DNA of 64,000 nucleotides from Candidatus Eiseniibacteriota bacterium (GCA_963717935.1 CAVQXP010000004.1:1248001-1312000); one strand, 5' to 3'; shown: positions 10,074 to 20,642, numbered from the stretch's first letter. Program-made: numbers and translations. Notes: generated by a model not told the origin, from the sequence alone.

Positions 10074-11377
10074 GTGCCCTGAAGAGCCCGCGTGCGGTCG
10101 CCGCCCTGGCGGCGACGCTGTTGATCGCCGGAGCCGGAACGCTGGCGGTGGCGGGTGCTGCGAAGGCGCCGAAGGCCACGAAGGGCTCGCGCGCGGTCCA
10201 GGCCCGGACCGTCGCCGCGCCCGCCGACACGTCGCAGGTGCTGGTGCGCGTCGGCGACCAGGCGCTGACGGTCGAGGACGTCCGCAGGCGGCTCGAGGAG
10301 ATCCCCGAGTCGGCCCGCGGGAACTTCGCGACGCCCGAGGGCCGCCGGCAGCTGCTCGACCGCATGGTGGAGGAGCGCATCTGGCTCGTCACCGCGCAGG
10401 AGAGCGGCGTGGCCGACCGGCCGCAGGTGATGCAGCAACTGGCGCAGCAGCGCCGCGACCTGCTCATCCGTACGTATCTCAACGAGACGATGTCGAAGGT
10501 CCCGGCGGTGCCCGACTCGGAGGCGCTGGCGTACTACAACGCGCACCTGGGCGAATACCGCACGCCGGCGGGCGTGACGCTGCAGCACATCCAGACCGGG
10601 ACCGAGGCCCGGGCCCGCCAGGCGCTGAAGCTCGCCCGGGGCGGCCGGGACTGGGCGACGCTGGTGCAGCAGTACTCCGCGGACACGCTCACGCGGGCGC
10701 GAGGCGGAGCGCTCGGGACGGTCACGCGCGAGGGGCTCTTCCCGGCGCTCGGGCGGCAGCCCGCGCTGGCCGAGTCCGCGTTCGCGCTGGGCGCCGGCGG
10801 GATCGGCGGTCCCTTCCGGTCCGACCGCGGCTGGCACGTGCTCAAGGTGGAGGAGATCCGCCCCGAGGGTGTGCGGCCGTTCGACGTGGTGCGGCCGATG
10901 ATCCTGCGCCAACTCGGCGGCCAGCGCGGTCAGGAGTTCTACCGGGAGTTGCTGAACCAGGCCCGCCACAAGCTCGGCGTGGCGCCGGACTCCGCGGCCA
11001 TCAAGAGGTTCGTCTCGCAGAAGCGGGACGCGCGCGAGATGTTCAAGGTGGCCCAGGGCCTGGGCCCGCCGTCGGAGCGCATCGCCGCCTACCGGGCCCT
11101 GCTCGACGAGTACCCCGACAGCGACGTCAGCCCGCAGGCGCAGTTCATGATCGGGTTCATCCATTCCGAGGAGTTGAAGGATTACGACGAGGCGGAGAAG
11201 GCCTTCCGCGAGCTGCTGAGGCGCTATCCCGGGTCCGAACTGGCCGACTCGGCCCAGTGGATGGTGGACCACATGCGCAGCGAGGAGGCCCCGCCGTTCG
11301 ATCTGTCGGAGGCGGATTCGAGCACGGGCGCCCCGCGGCCGCAGGGCACCGCCGAAGGCTCGGCCGGGAAGCCGTGA
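10070..11377 (+). CDS. secreted PpiC/parvulin-type peptidylprolyl isomerase with C-terminal TPR-like domain
   Basis: Signal peptide; HIQ..YSAD..GGALG..GPFRSDRGWHVLKV; YPDS..AQFMIG..YPGS repeats. Confidence 0.85.
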   Translation: MSALKSPRAVAALAATLLIAGAGTLAVAGAAKAPKATKGSRAVQARTVAAPADTSQVLVRVGDQALTVEDVRRRLEEIPESARGNFATPEGRRQLLDRMVEERIWLVTAQESGVADRPQVMQQLAQQRRDLLIRTYLNETMSKVPAVPDSEALAYYNAHLGEYRTPAGVTLQHIQTGTEARARQALKLARGGRDWATLVQQYSADTLTRARGGALGTVTREGLFPALGRQPALAESAFALGAGGIGGPFRSDRGWHVLKVEEIRPEGVRPFDVVRPMILRQLGGQRGQEFYRELLNQARHKLGVAPDSAAIKRFVSQKRDAREMFKVAQGLGPPSERIAAYRALLDEYPDSDVSPQAQFMIGFIHSEELKDYDEAEKAFRELLRRYPGSELADSAQWMVDHMRSEEAPPFDLSEADSSTGAPRPQGTAEGSAGKP

Positions 11378-11907
11378 AGGCCGTCGAAGCGCGGGTCAAC
11401 GGGCTCATCCTCGAGCACAAGACCCAGCAGAACGTCATCATCCTGAAGGAGGTCGGGGGCGAGCGCATCCTGCCCATCTGGATCGGCCCCGGCGAGGCGC
11501 ACGCGATCCGCCGGATTCTCTCCGACGAGCCCTTCCCACGCCCGCTCACGCACGACCTGCTGGTGCTCCTCGTCGAGGGATTGAAGGCCAAGGTGTCCCG
11601 GGTCGTGATCTCCGACCTGCGCGAGAGCACCTTCTACGCGACCGTGATAGTGCAGCGGGACGGCGACGTGCTCTCCATCGACGCCCGTCCATCGGACTCG
11701 ATCGCCGTGGCGCTGCGCGCGAAGGCGCCGATCTTCGTGAACGAGGAGCTCCTGCAGGAGCCCGCGCGGCGGGGTGACGAGGAGGGTGGAGGCGAGGAGC
11801 CGCCCGAGGACGCGGCGCAGGAGCCCACCGAGGAGGAGAGGGCCGAGCAGTTGCGCCGCTTCCTCGAGAAGCTCAACCCCGAGGACTTCGGCAAGTTCCA
11901 GCTCTAG
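11374..11907 (+). CDS. bifunctional nuclease family protein (DUF151)
   Basis: LPIWIGPGEA, RPLTHDL, IDARPSDSIAVAL. Confidence 0.93.
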   Translation: MKAVEARVNGLILEHKTQQNVIILKEVGGERILPIWIGPGEAHAIRRILSDEPFPRPLTHDLLVLLVEGLKAKVSRVVISDLRESTFYATVIVQRDGDVLSIDARPSDSIAVALRAKAPIFVNEELLQEPARRGDEEGGGEEPPEDAAQEPTEEERAEQLRRFLEKLNPEDFGKFQL

Positions 11908-12004
11908 CCTGGACGGCCCATGACGCGCCGCTGCGACCGCGATCCGACCGCGGTCCCGGGGTGGGCCGCATGGATCGCAGGCCGCCGTCCCCGCCCGCGG
12001 GCCG

Positions 12005-12715
12005 TCAGTCGTAGATCTTGAAGTCGAAGCGGATGATGGCGTACGCCTCGGTGACCCGGCCGGCGACGCGGTAGGGCCGGAAGCGGTACTTGCTCGCCGC
12101 CGCGATCGCCGCTTCCTCGAGTTCCCGGTCCCCCGGGCTGGACACCAGGTCCACTCGTGTGACCGCGCCGGTCGTGTCCACCACCGCCCCGAGCGCCACG
12201 AGCCCTTCGCTGTTCCGCTCGAGCGGACCCTCGGGGTACTCCGGCTTTACCATCCACTCGACGATGAAGTCCTCGGACCGCATGACGGGTCCGCTGCCGC
12301 CGTAGATGACGCGCGCCTTCGCCACGAGATCCTGGGTGGACTCGCCCGCCCCGTGGCCCGGGGGCCGCGTGTCGGGCCGGGCGTGCAGGTCGTCGGAAGG
12401 CGCGGCCTCGGAGCGGCCGCCCTTCACCGCCTGTGCCGAGTGGTAGAAGATCGTGGGACGGCCCGGCGTCGGCCCCGGCGGACCGCTGGCCTCGAGGACG
12501 ATGCGCCGCACGTACTGCTCCGGGCCCTCGAAGCCGAAGCGCCGGGGGTGCAGCGGGCTCCCCAGGACGTGCTCTTCCACCGCGTGCTGCACCGCGGGCA
12601 GGAGGAGCGCGGCCTCGAAGGACAGCGCCACGAGGCTCATGCCCGCGCAGAGCAGGGAAACGCGCCGTTCGAAGCGGGCGCGCTCGAGGAAATATTGCTG
12701 GCTGCCGTGCACCAT
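12005..12715 (-). CDS. energy transducer TonB family protein
   Basis: N-terminal TM; C-terminal PEYP..EGLV..VDTTGAV..SS..AA..YRFRP. Confidence 0.8.
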   Translation of the reverse strand: MVHGSQQYFLERARFERRVSLLCAGMSLVALSFEAALLLPAVQHAVEEHVLGSPLHPRRFGFEGPEQYVRRIVLEASGPPGPTPGRPTIFYHSAQAVKGGRSEAAPSDDLHARPDTRPPGHGAGESTQDLVAKARVIYGGSGPVMRSEDFIVEWMVKPEYPEGPLERNSEGLVALGAVVDTTGAVTRVDLVSSPGDRELEEAAIAAASKYRFRPYRVAGRVTEAYAIIRFDFKIYD

Positions 12716-12741
12716 GGTGAGGCTCCCCGGGGGGCCGCGAG

Positions 12742-15126
12742 TCAGCGGCCGAGCGCCCCGGTCAGCACCGCACCCCGCTGGGAGTCTAGCAGGATTCCGC
12801 GGGATTGGGCCCTCGAATCTTCCACCACGACCGCGATGGACCCCGGCTCGGTGCGGGCGAAGCGGATGCGGCCGGATGCGTCGGTCACGAGGACGAGCGC
12901 GCCTCCCAGCGTCACGGCCGCGTCCGGCACGGGGTGTCCCGCGGGGTCGAGCACGGTGAGCGAGTCGGCGGGCCAGACCGCCTGCGGTGCCCACTCGCGC
13001 GCCAGCGCCAGGAACAGGGCGTAGGCCTCCGCGCGCAGCGCGCCCGGCGCGAGCAATCGCGACTCGGCCGCTTCGTCGCCGAGCGATGCGGGCGAGGCGA
13101 AGAGCGCGGGGCAGGAGGTCTGCTGGATCACGTACTGCGCCTCCCCGGCCACCCCGGGTTCGGCAAGGCCGAGCGTGGCAAACGCCTGCGCGCTGCGCTC
13201 GGCCCAGGCCTTCCCGGCCGGGCTCGCGGCGTGGTGGCCGAGCCGGGGCGGTGTCGTGCGGTGGGCGATGCGCAGGAAGCGCTCGGCCTGGAACGCCTCG
13301 CTCGCCTGCACGCGCTCGACTTCCGAGAGCGCGAGGTCGCCCTCGCGCGTGAGCCGCACGTCGGCGCCCGCGGCCGCGAGGAACCCGGCGAGGATGCGCG
13401 CGCTCTCGAGGTTGAGCGACGCCGCGCGCGTGCCGCCCGGTCCCTGCCCGGCGGCGTCCTCGCCGCCACCCTCCGGATCGAGCACGATGCGCCGGCCGTG
13501 CAACGCGCCGCCGGCGACGGGGACGAAACGCGGCGGGAAGGTCGAGTCGGCGGGCCAGGCGCGGTAGCCGGGCAGCGCCGGCACCTGGACCGCGCCCGCC
13601 GAGTCGCGGGGAAGCATCGCGAAGCCGTCTCGGTTGATCCAGGGGACGCGCGGTTCTGGCTCCTGAGTGCCGAGTGCGCGGGCCAAAGGGGCGCCCTCGG
13701 GCATTCGCTGCACCCAGCCCGACCAGTCGCGCATGCGAATCGGGATCTCCGTGGGCCAGCGGATCGTGCTCAGCGCGAACTCGACGGCCTCCGGAGGCGC
13801 GCCCATCAGCGTGTCGTTGGAAGCCCGCGCTTCGAAGACCGCGTCCGGCGCGCGCTCGCCGCGGACCGCGCGGAAGTAGGCCCACGCGACGCCGTCCGCG
13901 ACCGCGAGCGTGGTCTCGGCCGGCACGATGCCGTGGCCCGCAACACGGCGGATCACGACGGAGCCAGTGTCGGCCGCGATGCGCCCCCAGGGGTCAAGCG
14001 CGCGGATCCGCACCGCCGCCACCGGGTGCTGCTCGTCCAGCCCGGGCCCGGTGACGGGCTCCACGGACAGGAAGCTCCACGGCCGGTGGACCTCGAATCT
14101 GAGGTGCCGCTCCCGGGCCGCGCCTTCACCCGAGAGGCGCACCCGCAGCAGCGCCGTGTGCGGGCCGCTCCGCCAGGGCTCCGGGGGACGCCACGAGAGC
14201 CGGGAACCGGTCCGGACCGGCTCGACCGCCCGCCCGTCCACGAGAAGCTCGACCTGGTCGAAGGCGCCGCGCACGCGGGCCCGGAGCACCGGGTCGCCCG
14301 GGAGCAGGCGGGGAACGGAGTCCGCGCGGGAGTTGCCGTCGTCGAACTCCTCGATCACCGGCACCTTGCGCGCGAAGTAGCGCGCCAGGCCGATGAGGAT
14401 CGCCTGGGCCTCCAGCTCCTGCTTCTCCGGCAGCCGCAGCCGCTCTTCGACGTCGGGGTTCGTGATGTAACTGGTCTCGGTGAGCAGCGCCGGCGCGGCG
14501 CTGCTGCGGAGCACGTAGAAGTTGCCGGGCACGACCTTGTTCGATTGGATGCCCACGTTGCGCACCAGTGCGCGGTGCACGTCCTGGGCGACGTCGAGCG
14601 AGGGGCCATCGTCGCCGAGCTTGTAGTAGGTCTGGGTCTCGTTGACGTCGTGGGCACCACGCGGGTCGGCATTGTGGTGGATCGAGATCAGCAGGTCGGG
14701 GTCAAACCCGGCGGCGAGCCGCGCACGCTCGGCCAGGTCGGTGCGCAGCGCGGAGTCGGCGGGGGTGAGGAAGTCGCGATCGCTCTCGCGCGTCATGAAA
14801 GCCTCGGCACCGTGCGTCGCGAGCAGGTCGCGCAGACGCCGTGCGACGCCCAGGTTCACCTCGGCCTCGGTGAGACCGCCGACGCCGAGTGCGCCGCGGA
14901 AGTGGCCGCCGTGCCCGGGGTCGAGCGCGATCCGGCGGCCCGCCAGGCCGCTCGCGTCCACCGCTGCGAGTTCGTCCCGCAGGCGCTCGTAGCCGGGTGC
15001 GGGGCGCGGGGGCGCGGGCGGGCGGCGCGGGAACACGGCGCAGCCGCTGCCGGCGAATGCGGCGAGTGCGAAGACCAGGGCGATGGTCGGCAGCGCACGC
15101 GTCCTTGCGCGGAGGGCGTACCTCAT
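12742..15126 (-). CDS. lipoprotein N-acetylmuramoyl-L-alanine amidase (Amidase_3) with a second degenerate amidase domain
   Basis: Lipobox GSGC; DPGHGG..E..SIHHNA..LTE in domain 1; domain 2 reads LDPEGGG. Confidence 0.85.
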   Translation of the reverse strand: MRYALRARTRALPTIALVFALAAFAGSGCAVFPRRPPAPPRPAPGYERLRDELAAVDASGLAGRRIALDPGHGGHFRGALGVGGLTEAEVNLGVARRLRDLLATHGAEAFMTRESDRDFLTPADSALRTDLAERARLAAGFDPDLLISIHHNADPRGAHDVNETQTYYKLGDDGPSLDVAQDVHRALVRNVGIQSNKVVPGNFYVLRSSAAPALLTETSYITNPDVEERLRLPEKQELEAQAILIGLARYFARKVPVIEEFDDGNSRADSVPRLLPGDPVLRARVRGAFDQVELLVDGRAVEPVRTGSRLSWRPPEPWRSGPHTALLRVRLSGEGAARERHLRFEVHRPWSFLSVEPVTGPGLDEQHPVAAVRIRALDPWGRIAADTGSVVIRRVAGHGIVPAETTLAVADGVAWAYFRAVRGERAPDAVFEARASNDTLMGAPPEAVEFALSTIRWPTEIPIRMRDWSGWVQRMPEGAPLARALGTQEPEPRVPWINRDGFAMLPRDSAGAVQVPALPGYRAWPADSTFPPRFVPVAGGALHGRRIVLDPEGGGEDAAGQGPGGTRAASLNLESARILAGFLAAAGADVRLTREGDLALSEVERVQASEAFQAERFLRIAHRTTPPRLGHHAASPAGKAWAERSAQAFATLGLAEPGVAGEAQYVIQQTSCPALFASPASLGDEAAESRLLAPGALRAEAYALFLALAREWAPQAVWPADSLTVLDPAGHPVPDAAVTLGGALVLVTDASGRIRFARTEPGSIAVVVEDSRAQSRGILLDSQRGAVLTGALGR

Positions 15127-15214
15127 GCGCGGGCACGATAGCACCGGGCTTCCGGGAGCGGCAACGAGCGCCGCGCCTCGGGCCGCTGCCCGCAGCGCCG
15201 CGTGAATGCCCCGG

Positions 15215-17719
15215 CTACGCGGCTTCCCCTGCCTCCATGCGGCCGGCGGCGACGTGGATGGCGCGTGCCACGTCCGCGAGGGTGAAGGGCTTGGCGATCA
15301 CCAGGTCGGCGCCCGCCTCGCTGGCGGCGCACCGGTCCAGGTCCTCGCCCCAGCCGGTCACGAAGACGATGGTCAGCGCGGGGTCCATCGCGCGCATCCG
15401 CCGCGCCAGCTCCCAGCCCGTCATGCCCGGCATGCCCAGGTCCGTGATCACCAACTGGAACGTGCCCGGCCGCAAGGCGCGCAGTGCCTCGTCGCCCGAG
15501 GCGCACGCGGTCACGCGCTGGCCCAGGGTGGTCGCGATGTCCTGCAGCACCTCGCGTACGGACTCCTCGTCGTCCACGATCATGACGTCGAGGGCGGGCA
15601 ACGCGTCCGGGATGACCTCGACCGGGGCCGGGACCTGGGGCGCGGCGGCCAGAGGGAAGGTGAGCTGCATGCTCGTTCCCGCGCCGGGGTGCGTGACGAC
15701 CTCGATCGCCCCGCCGTGCCGCTGCACGATGCCGTAGACGACGGACATGCCCAGGCCCGTGCCGCCGTCACCCTTCGTCGTGAAGAACGGCTCGAACAGC
15801 CGGCGCGCGGTCTCCTCGTCCATGCCGATGCCGTCGTCGGCGACCGTCGCGATCGCACGCCGCCCGTCGTCGCGGATCGCCGCGCGGATGGTGCCACCGT
15901 GCGGCAGCGCGTCCACCGCGTTCAGGATGAGGTTCGTGAAGACCTCCCTCAACTCGTTGGCGCGGCCGGCGACCCAGACCGCCGGTCGGGAGGCGAGGTG
16001 CACCTGGATGGCGATTCCGGCCGCCTGCGCCTCGTTCTCCCAGCGGGGCCGCGTGAACTCGATCGCATCCTGCAGCATGACGTGCAGGTCCACGGACTCC
16101 GTGACCGTCTCCTGGGACGCCTGCCCGAACTGGCGCAGCCGCCGGCCGGTCTCCCTGCCGTCCTCGGCGGCCCGCTCGATCACCGCGAGCGCGCACAGCA
16201 ACTCCGCGGGGGAGAGCGTGCCGGCCTCGATCTTGAACTTGAGCAGTTGCGCGCGGCCCATGATGGCGCCGAGCACGTTGTTGAAGTCGTGGGCCACGCC
16301 GGCGGCCATCTCGCCGGCGACGCGGAGCATCTCCGAATGCACCAGGTAGTCGTGGGTGCGCTGCAGCTCGTCGAAGGCGGCCTCGAGACGCCACTTCAGG
16401 TGCCAGGCGTGCAGGGCGGAGGACAGGTGGCTCGTCAGGGCGGTCACGACATCCATCTCGGAGGCCGGAAACGCCTCGGGGTCGTTTGAGACCGCGAGCA
16501 GGATGGCCGGGGGCGAGCCGGGCAGCTGGAGGTGGACGACCATCCCCGTGCGGATGCCCTGCTCGTTCATCCCCCGGCAGATGGGGCAGTCCGCGCTCGG
16601 GTCGGGCGTGAAACGCACCGCGACCGTGCCGAGGTCGTTCGCCCGGACGAGGAGATGCTCGGGCACGGGCATGCCCTGCTCCAGGCCCGCCCACGGCGCC
16701 GCCGGCTCGAAATGAGTGAACTCGGGGGCCGACTGGTCCAGGGACGGGACCGCCAGGGCCACCGCGCGCGCCCGCGTCACGCGCTTCACCTCGCGCGCCA
16801 CGATCTCGAAGATGCTGTGGGGGTCGTGGGTGGCCCGGGCCCCGCGCGCGATGGAGAGCATGGCGGTGGAAGCCACGCGGAGCGCCTCGGCCTCGGCCTC
16901 GGTCTGGCGGCGGGCCTTCTGCAGCGCGGCCGCCATGGTGTTCATCGAGCCCGCCAGGTTGCCCAGCTCGTCGTCGTCGCACACCGGCAGACGGCGATCC
17001 AGATGCCCCGCGGCGACCTCGCGGGCCAGATCGCTGGCCTCGCGCAGCGGGCGGATGATGACGCCGAAGAAGAGCGCCAGGGCGAGGTAGCCGAGGGCCG
17101 CGGTGAGCACCAGCAGCAGCAGGCCCAGGTAGGCCGCGGCCCGCACGGCCTGGTGCGCCCGCGCGGTCGAGACCACGAGCCGCACCCAGCCCAGTTGCGT
17201 GGGGGCCGGGGTGTGCGGCTCGCCGGAGAAGCCGAAGAGCTGGATCGCCTCGCCCAGCGGGTTGTCCACGTGGTGGTGGCGCGTGATCGGGGCGATCACG
17301 TCGAGCACCTCGTCGCCGTTCACACGCCGACGTGACACGACGACGGTGCCGCTCGCCGTCCCTCCGCCTGGTGCTCCCAGCTCCGTCCACAGCGCGGCGT
17401 CGAGCGCGAGTTGCGCCAGCGCCGGTCCGCGGGGGGGATAGACGGCCGCAGCCTGCATGTCGGGCTCGATGAGGGCGCGTTGCACCTGGTGAAGGAGCTC
17501 CTCGCGGTCGTTGACCACGACCGGTGTCGCCGAGCGCTCTGCCATGAGCCGGGCCAGAGAGCTCGCCCGGGACCTCAGCTCCCGGTACTCGCGGTTCCAG
17601 GTCAGCGTGGTGAAGAGCGCCTCGAACCCCACGCCGGAGGACAGCACGCCCGCCATCAGCAGGAGGGTCATGCGCGTCCAGAGGCCACGCTGCGGACGCG
17701 CGAAGAGCCGGGGCTTCAA
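15215..17719 (-). CDS. membrane hybrid sensor kinase (periplasmic domain-HAMP-GAF-HisKA-HATPase-REC)
   Basis: Two TM; DELGNLAGSMNTM (HAMP); GVAHDFNN; NLILNAVDA; DDGIGM; GTGLG; TDLGMPGMTG; TTG start overlaps upstream stop. Confidence 0.9.
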   Translation of the reverse strand: MKPRLFARPQRGLWTRMTLLLMAGVLSSGVGFEALFTTLTWNREYRELRSRASSLARLMAERSATPVVVNDREELLHQVQRALIEPDMQAAAVYPPRGPALAQLALDAALWTELGAPGGGTASGTVVVSRRRVNGDEVLDVIAPITRHHHVDNPLGEAIQLFGFSGEPHTPAPTQLGWVRLVVSTARAHQAVRAAAYLGLLLLVLTAALGYLALALFFGVIIRPLREASDLAREVAAGHLDRRLPVCDDDELGNLAGSMNTMAAALQKARRQTEAEAEALRVASTAMLSIARGARATHDPHSIFEIVAREVKRVTRARAVALAVPSLDQSAPEFTHFEPAAPWAGLEQGMPVPEHLLVRANDLGTVAVRFTPDPSADCPICRGMNEQGIRTGMVVHLQLPGSPPAILLAVSNDPEAFPASEMDVVTALTSHLSSALHAWHLKWRLEAAFDELQRTHDYLVHSEMLRVAGEMAAGVAHDFNNVLGAIMGRAQLLKFKIEAGTLSPAELLCALAVIERAAEDGRETGRRLRQFGQASQETVTESVDLHVMLQDAIEFTRPRWENEAQAAGIAIQVHLASRPAVWVAGRANELREVFTNLILNAVDALPHGGTIRAAIRDDGRRAIATVADDGIGMDEETARRLFEPFFTTKGDGGTGLGMSVVYGIVQRHGGAIEVVTHPGAGTSMQLTFPLAAAPQVPAPVEVIPDALPALDVMIVDDEESVREVLQDIATTLGQRVTACASGDEALRALRPGTFQLVITDLGMPGMTGWELARRMRAMDPALTIVFVTGWGEDLDRCAASEAGADLVIAKPFTLADVARAIHVAAGRMEAGEAA

Positions 17720-18645
17720 TCCAGCACCTCGATCTCGCCGGCCGCCGAGGACGGCACCGGGCAGCCCAGCGCGCGGGCGGTCGCGGCGTTGAGCACCACG
17801 TGGGTACGCCGCAGCGGCAGCACGCCGATGTCGCCGGCCCGCTCGCCGCTCCGGATACGGCGCACGATCCCGGCGGCCTGTGCGCCCATCCAGGTGTAAT
17901 CGGGGGAGGCCGCCACGAGCGCGCCGGAGCGCACCAGCGACTCCGAGAAGACGAGCAGGGGCTTGTGGTGCGCCAGCGACAGCTCGAGCAGGGTTTGGAA
18001 GACCTCGGGCGTGGCGACGGTCGGGTCGGCCGGGAGCCACAGGGCGTCCACCCTGCCGGCGAGGTCGTGGAGGACCCGCTGGAGGTCCGACAGATCCGTG
18101 ACCGGCGCCTCGACGAGCGTGATGCCAGCGGCGTCCGCGGCGGCGCTTGCGCGGCGCGCCAGAGCGGCGCCGGTCGCACGGCCGAAGAGCAGACCCACGC
18201 GCTTCACGCCGGGCAGCGCGCTCCGCAGCGCGGCGAGATCGCGCTCGGGAGGCACGTCCGCCGACACGCCGGTGATCGAGCTGCCCGCGAGGTCGAAACG
18301 CTCGTAGTTGGGGACCACGCAGAAGACCAGCGGGACGCGGGGCAGGTGATTGCGGGCGAAGAGGGCAGCCTTGAGCCCTACCGCCACGACCACGGCGGGA
18401 CGCGTGGCCCGGATGCGGCTCAGCAGGCCGCCCGGGTCCGACTCGTCCAGCAGGAAGGCGCTCACCGGGTCCGGGTAAGCGGACGAGAAGGCCGCTGCCG
18501 CCTGCTCATAGGGCGCCAGCGTTCCGCTCTTGATGAGCGCGACCGTCGCGGCGAAGCCGGTGGCGGGCGCGCCGAGGCCCAGCGCGATGACCAGCGCCAG
18601 GACGGGACCCGCGCGGGGCGGATGCGCCGCGGGACAGCCCCTCAT
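17716..18645 (-). CDS. ABC-type substrate-binding protein (ABC_sub_bind-like)
   Basis: Signal peptide; VVAVG, ITGVS, LPGVKRVGLL, DALWLPAD, LNAATARALG. Confidence 0.85.
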   Translation of the reverse strand: MRGCPAAHPPRAGPVLALVIALGLGAPATGFAATVALIKSGTLAPYEQAAAAFSSAYPDPVSAFLLDESDPGGLLSRIRATRPAVVVAVGLKAALFARNHLPRVPLVFCVVPNYERFDLAGSSITGVSADVPPERDLAALRSALPGVKRVGLLFGRATGAALARRASAAADAAGITLVEAPVTDLSDLQRVLHDLAGRVDALWLPADPTVATPEVFQTLLELSLAHHKPLLVFSESLVRSGALVAASPDYTWMGAQAAGIVRRIRSGERAGDIGVLPLRRTHVVLNAATARALGCPVPSSAAGEIEVLD

Positions 18646-20642
18646 CTGAGCTCGAACGGGAGGCAGGAAAGGGTGACGAAGAAGGCCCGCGAGTCCTGCA
18701 CGATCTGGTCCTGCACGTGCTCCGTGGAGCCCGGGTCGCCGTAGCGCGCGTCGAAGAGGTTGCGGACCTCGAACCCCGCCGTGAGCCCGGCGACCAGGCG
18801 CCGGCTCACTCGCGCGTCGCAGACCATGGCCGCGGCCGTGCGCTGGCCCGCGAGCGTCAGGCGCGACGACAGGTAGCGCGCGCCCGCGCCCACCGTCGTC
18901 CGCTCGCCGGGCAGGACGTGATAGGCCAGCACGTGCGCGTTCCAGCGCGGAGAGTTCGTGAGCTCCGCCCCGGTGTCGCCGTCCTTGCTGTGCTGCCACG
19001 CCAGCGCCACGCGCGCGTGCGTGGTGGCGTCGGGCGTGAAGCGCAGTCCGCCCTCGAGGCCCTGTGCGCGCGCCCGGGCGCGATTCTCGTAGTGCGTGTT
19101 CCCCAGCTCGTCCACCTCGGCCAGATCGATGAGGTCGCGCACCTGGCTGTCGTAGGCGGTGAGCGAGGCCGTGAAGGGGCCCGCCCCGCGCTCGAGCGTG
19201 CACTCGACCGTCGTCACGCGCTCCGGACTCAACCGCGTGGCCTCCGGCGAGGGGGCCTCCGTCAGCGTCTGGTTCTCGAACGGCGACGGGGCGCGGAAGG
19301 CCGAGCCGCCGAGGAGCTTCAGACGCGTGCCCGGGCGGAGCGTCCAGACCAGGTCGGCCCGGGGACTGACGACCGCGTCGTAGCGCGAGTCGTGGTCGAT
19401 CCGGGCGCCCGCCGTGACGATCAGCCGCCGGCCGAGACGGAACTCGTCCTGCACGTAGGCTCCGACGAGGCTCCCGGTGACGTTGGTGCTGTAGAAGCTG
19501 GCGTAGGGATCGACATAGTAGCTCTCGAGGCTCCCGCGCAGCGCCCGCTGGGCCTCCAGCCCGAGCGTGAGCGCCTGCCGCGCGGTGACCCCCCAGTTGG
19601 CGCGGCATTCCGCGCCGAGCACGTCGCTGTCGCCGCGATCCTCGTTCACGACCCTGGCGGGGTCCGGGTCCAGGACGTAGATGTACTGGCCGTGGTAGCG
19701 CGATCCGTCCCAGTAGGTGCGGCCGGTGAGCTCGAGGCTGTGGCTCACCCGCCGGTTGGCCGAGAGCTCGACGTAGTCGTGTCCGTCCCAGGTGCGGTTC
19801 TGATCGTCGCCGAAGCTCGTGCCGTAGGAGGCGGTGGGGATGGTCTTCTCGCGGTCGTTCAGCTTGACCGCGAGCTTCGCGGGCCCCCATGCGGCCGTGC
19901 CGAAGAAGGACAGGGCGCGTTCGCCATCCAGCCGGACGGCCCGCCCGGAGCAGGTCAGCGGGTCATCGAACTCGGCGAAGTAGAGGTCCGGGCCGCGGGT
20001 CTGGAGCCACGAGACGCCGGCCTGCCACTCGGGCCAGCCAGGGTGGGCCGTGGCGACCGAAGCGCGGCCGCGCCACTCGCCGGCGCCGCCGGCCCGCAGG
20101 TCGAGGCTCGCACCCGGTTCGCTGCGCGGGCGGCGGGTCACGACGTTCACGACCGCCAGCGCGGCGTAACTGCCGTAGAGGGCGGAGCCCGGGCCCCGGA
20201 CGACCTCGATGCGTTCCACCTCCTCGAGGTCGAGTCCCAGCTCCGGGCCGAAGAGCGCGTCGCCGAACACGCTTCCGTTCATCGTGTGTCCGTCGAGCGT
20301 GAGCAGGATCTTGTTGTTGTAGTCGCCGGGGCGCTGCAGTCCGCGCACGCCCACGTAGGTGTAGTTACGGTCATAGGTGACGAACACGCCACCCACCCAG
20401 CGCAGGGCGTCTCCGAGGGTCTGGTAACCCATGGCGTGGATCTCGGCGGCGGAGATGACCGTGACCGAGGATGGGGTCTCCGAGAGCGGCAGGGGACGCT
20501 TGCTGACTCCCGTGACGATCTGCTCCTGCATGAGGGAGAAGGCGTCGTCGGCCGCTTCTAGGGCCCGGGCGGAGTCTCGGGGCGCCGCCGAGAGGAACAC
20601 GCCGGTGAGGAGCGCGCCGATGAGGGCTCGTCTGCAGGACAT
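18642..20642 (-). CDS. TonB-dependent outer-membrane receptor
   Basis: SKRP..ETPSSVTVIS plug, RIEVVRGPGSALYG, VRNLFDARY near the C-terminus; GGAGG RBS. Confidence 0.93.
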   Translation of the reverse strand: MSCRRALIGALLTGVFLSAAPRDSARALEAADDAFSLMQEQIVTGVSKRPLPLSETPSSVTVISAAEIHAMGYQTLGDALRWVGGVFVTYDRNYTYVGVRGLQRPGDYNNKILLTLDGHTMNGSVFGDALFGPELGLDLEEVERIEVVRGPGSALYGSYAALAVVNVVTRRPRSEPGASLDLRAGGAGEWRGRASVATAHPGWPEWQAGVSWLQTRGPDLYFAEFDDPLTCSGRAVRLDGERALSFFGTAAWGPAKLAVKLNDREKTIPTASYGTSFGDDQNRTWDGHDYVELSANRRVSHSLELTGRTYWDGSRYHGQYIYVLDPDPARVVNEDRGDSDVLGAECRANWGVTARQALTLGLEAQRALRGSLESYYVDPYASFYSTNVTGSLVGAYVQDEFRLGRRLIVTAGARIDHDSRYDAVVSPRADLVWTLRPGTRLKLLGGSAFRAPSPFENQTLTEAPSPEATRLSPERVTTVECTLERGAGPFTASLTAYDSQVRDLIDLAEVDELGNTHYENRARARAQGLEGGLRFTPDATTHARVALAWQHSKDGDTGAELTNSPRWNAHVLAYHVLPGERTTVGAGARYLSSRLTLAGQRTAAAMVCDARVSRRLVAGLTAGFEVRNLFDARYGDPGSTEHVQDQIVQDSRAFFVTLSCLPFELR

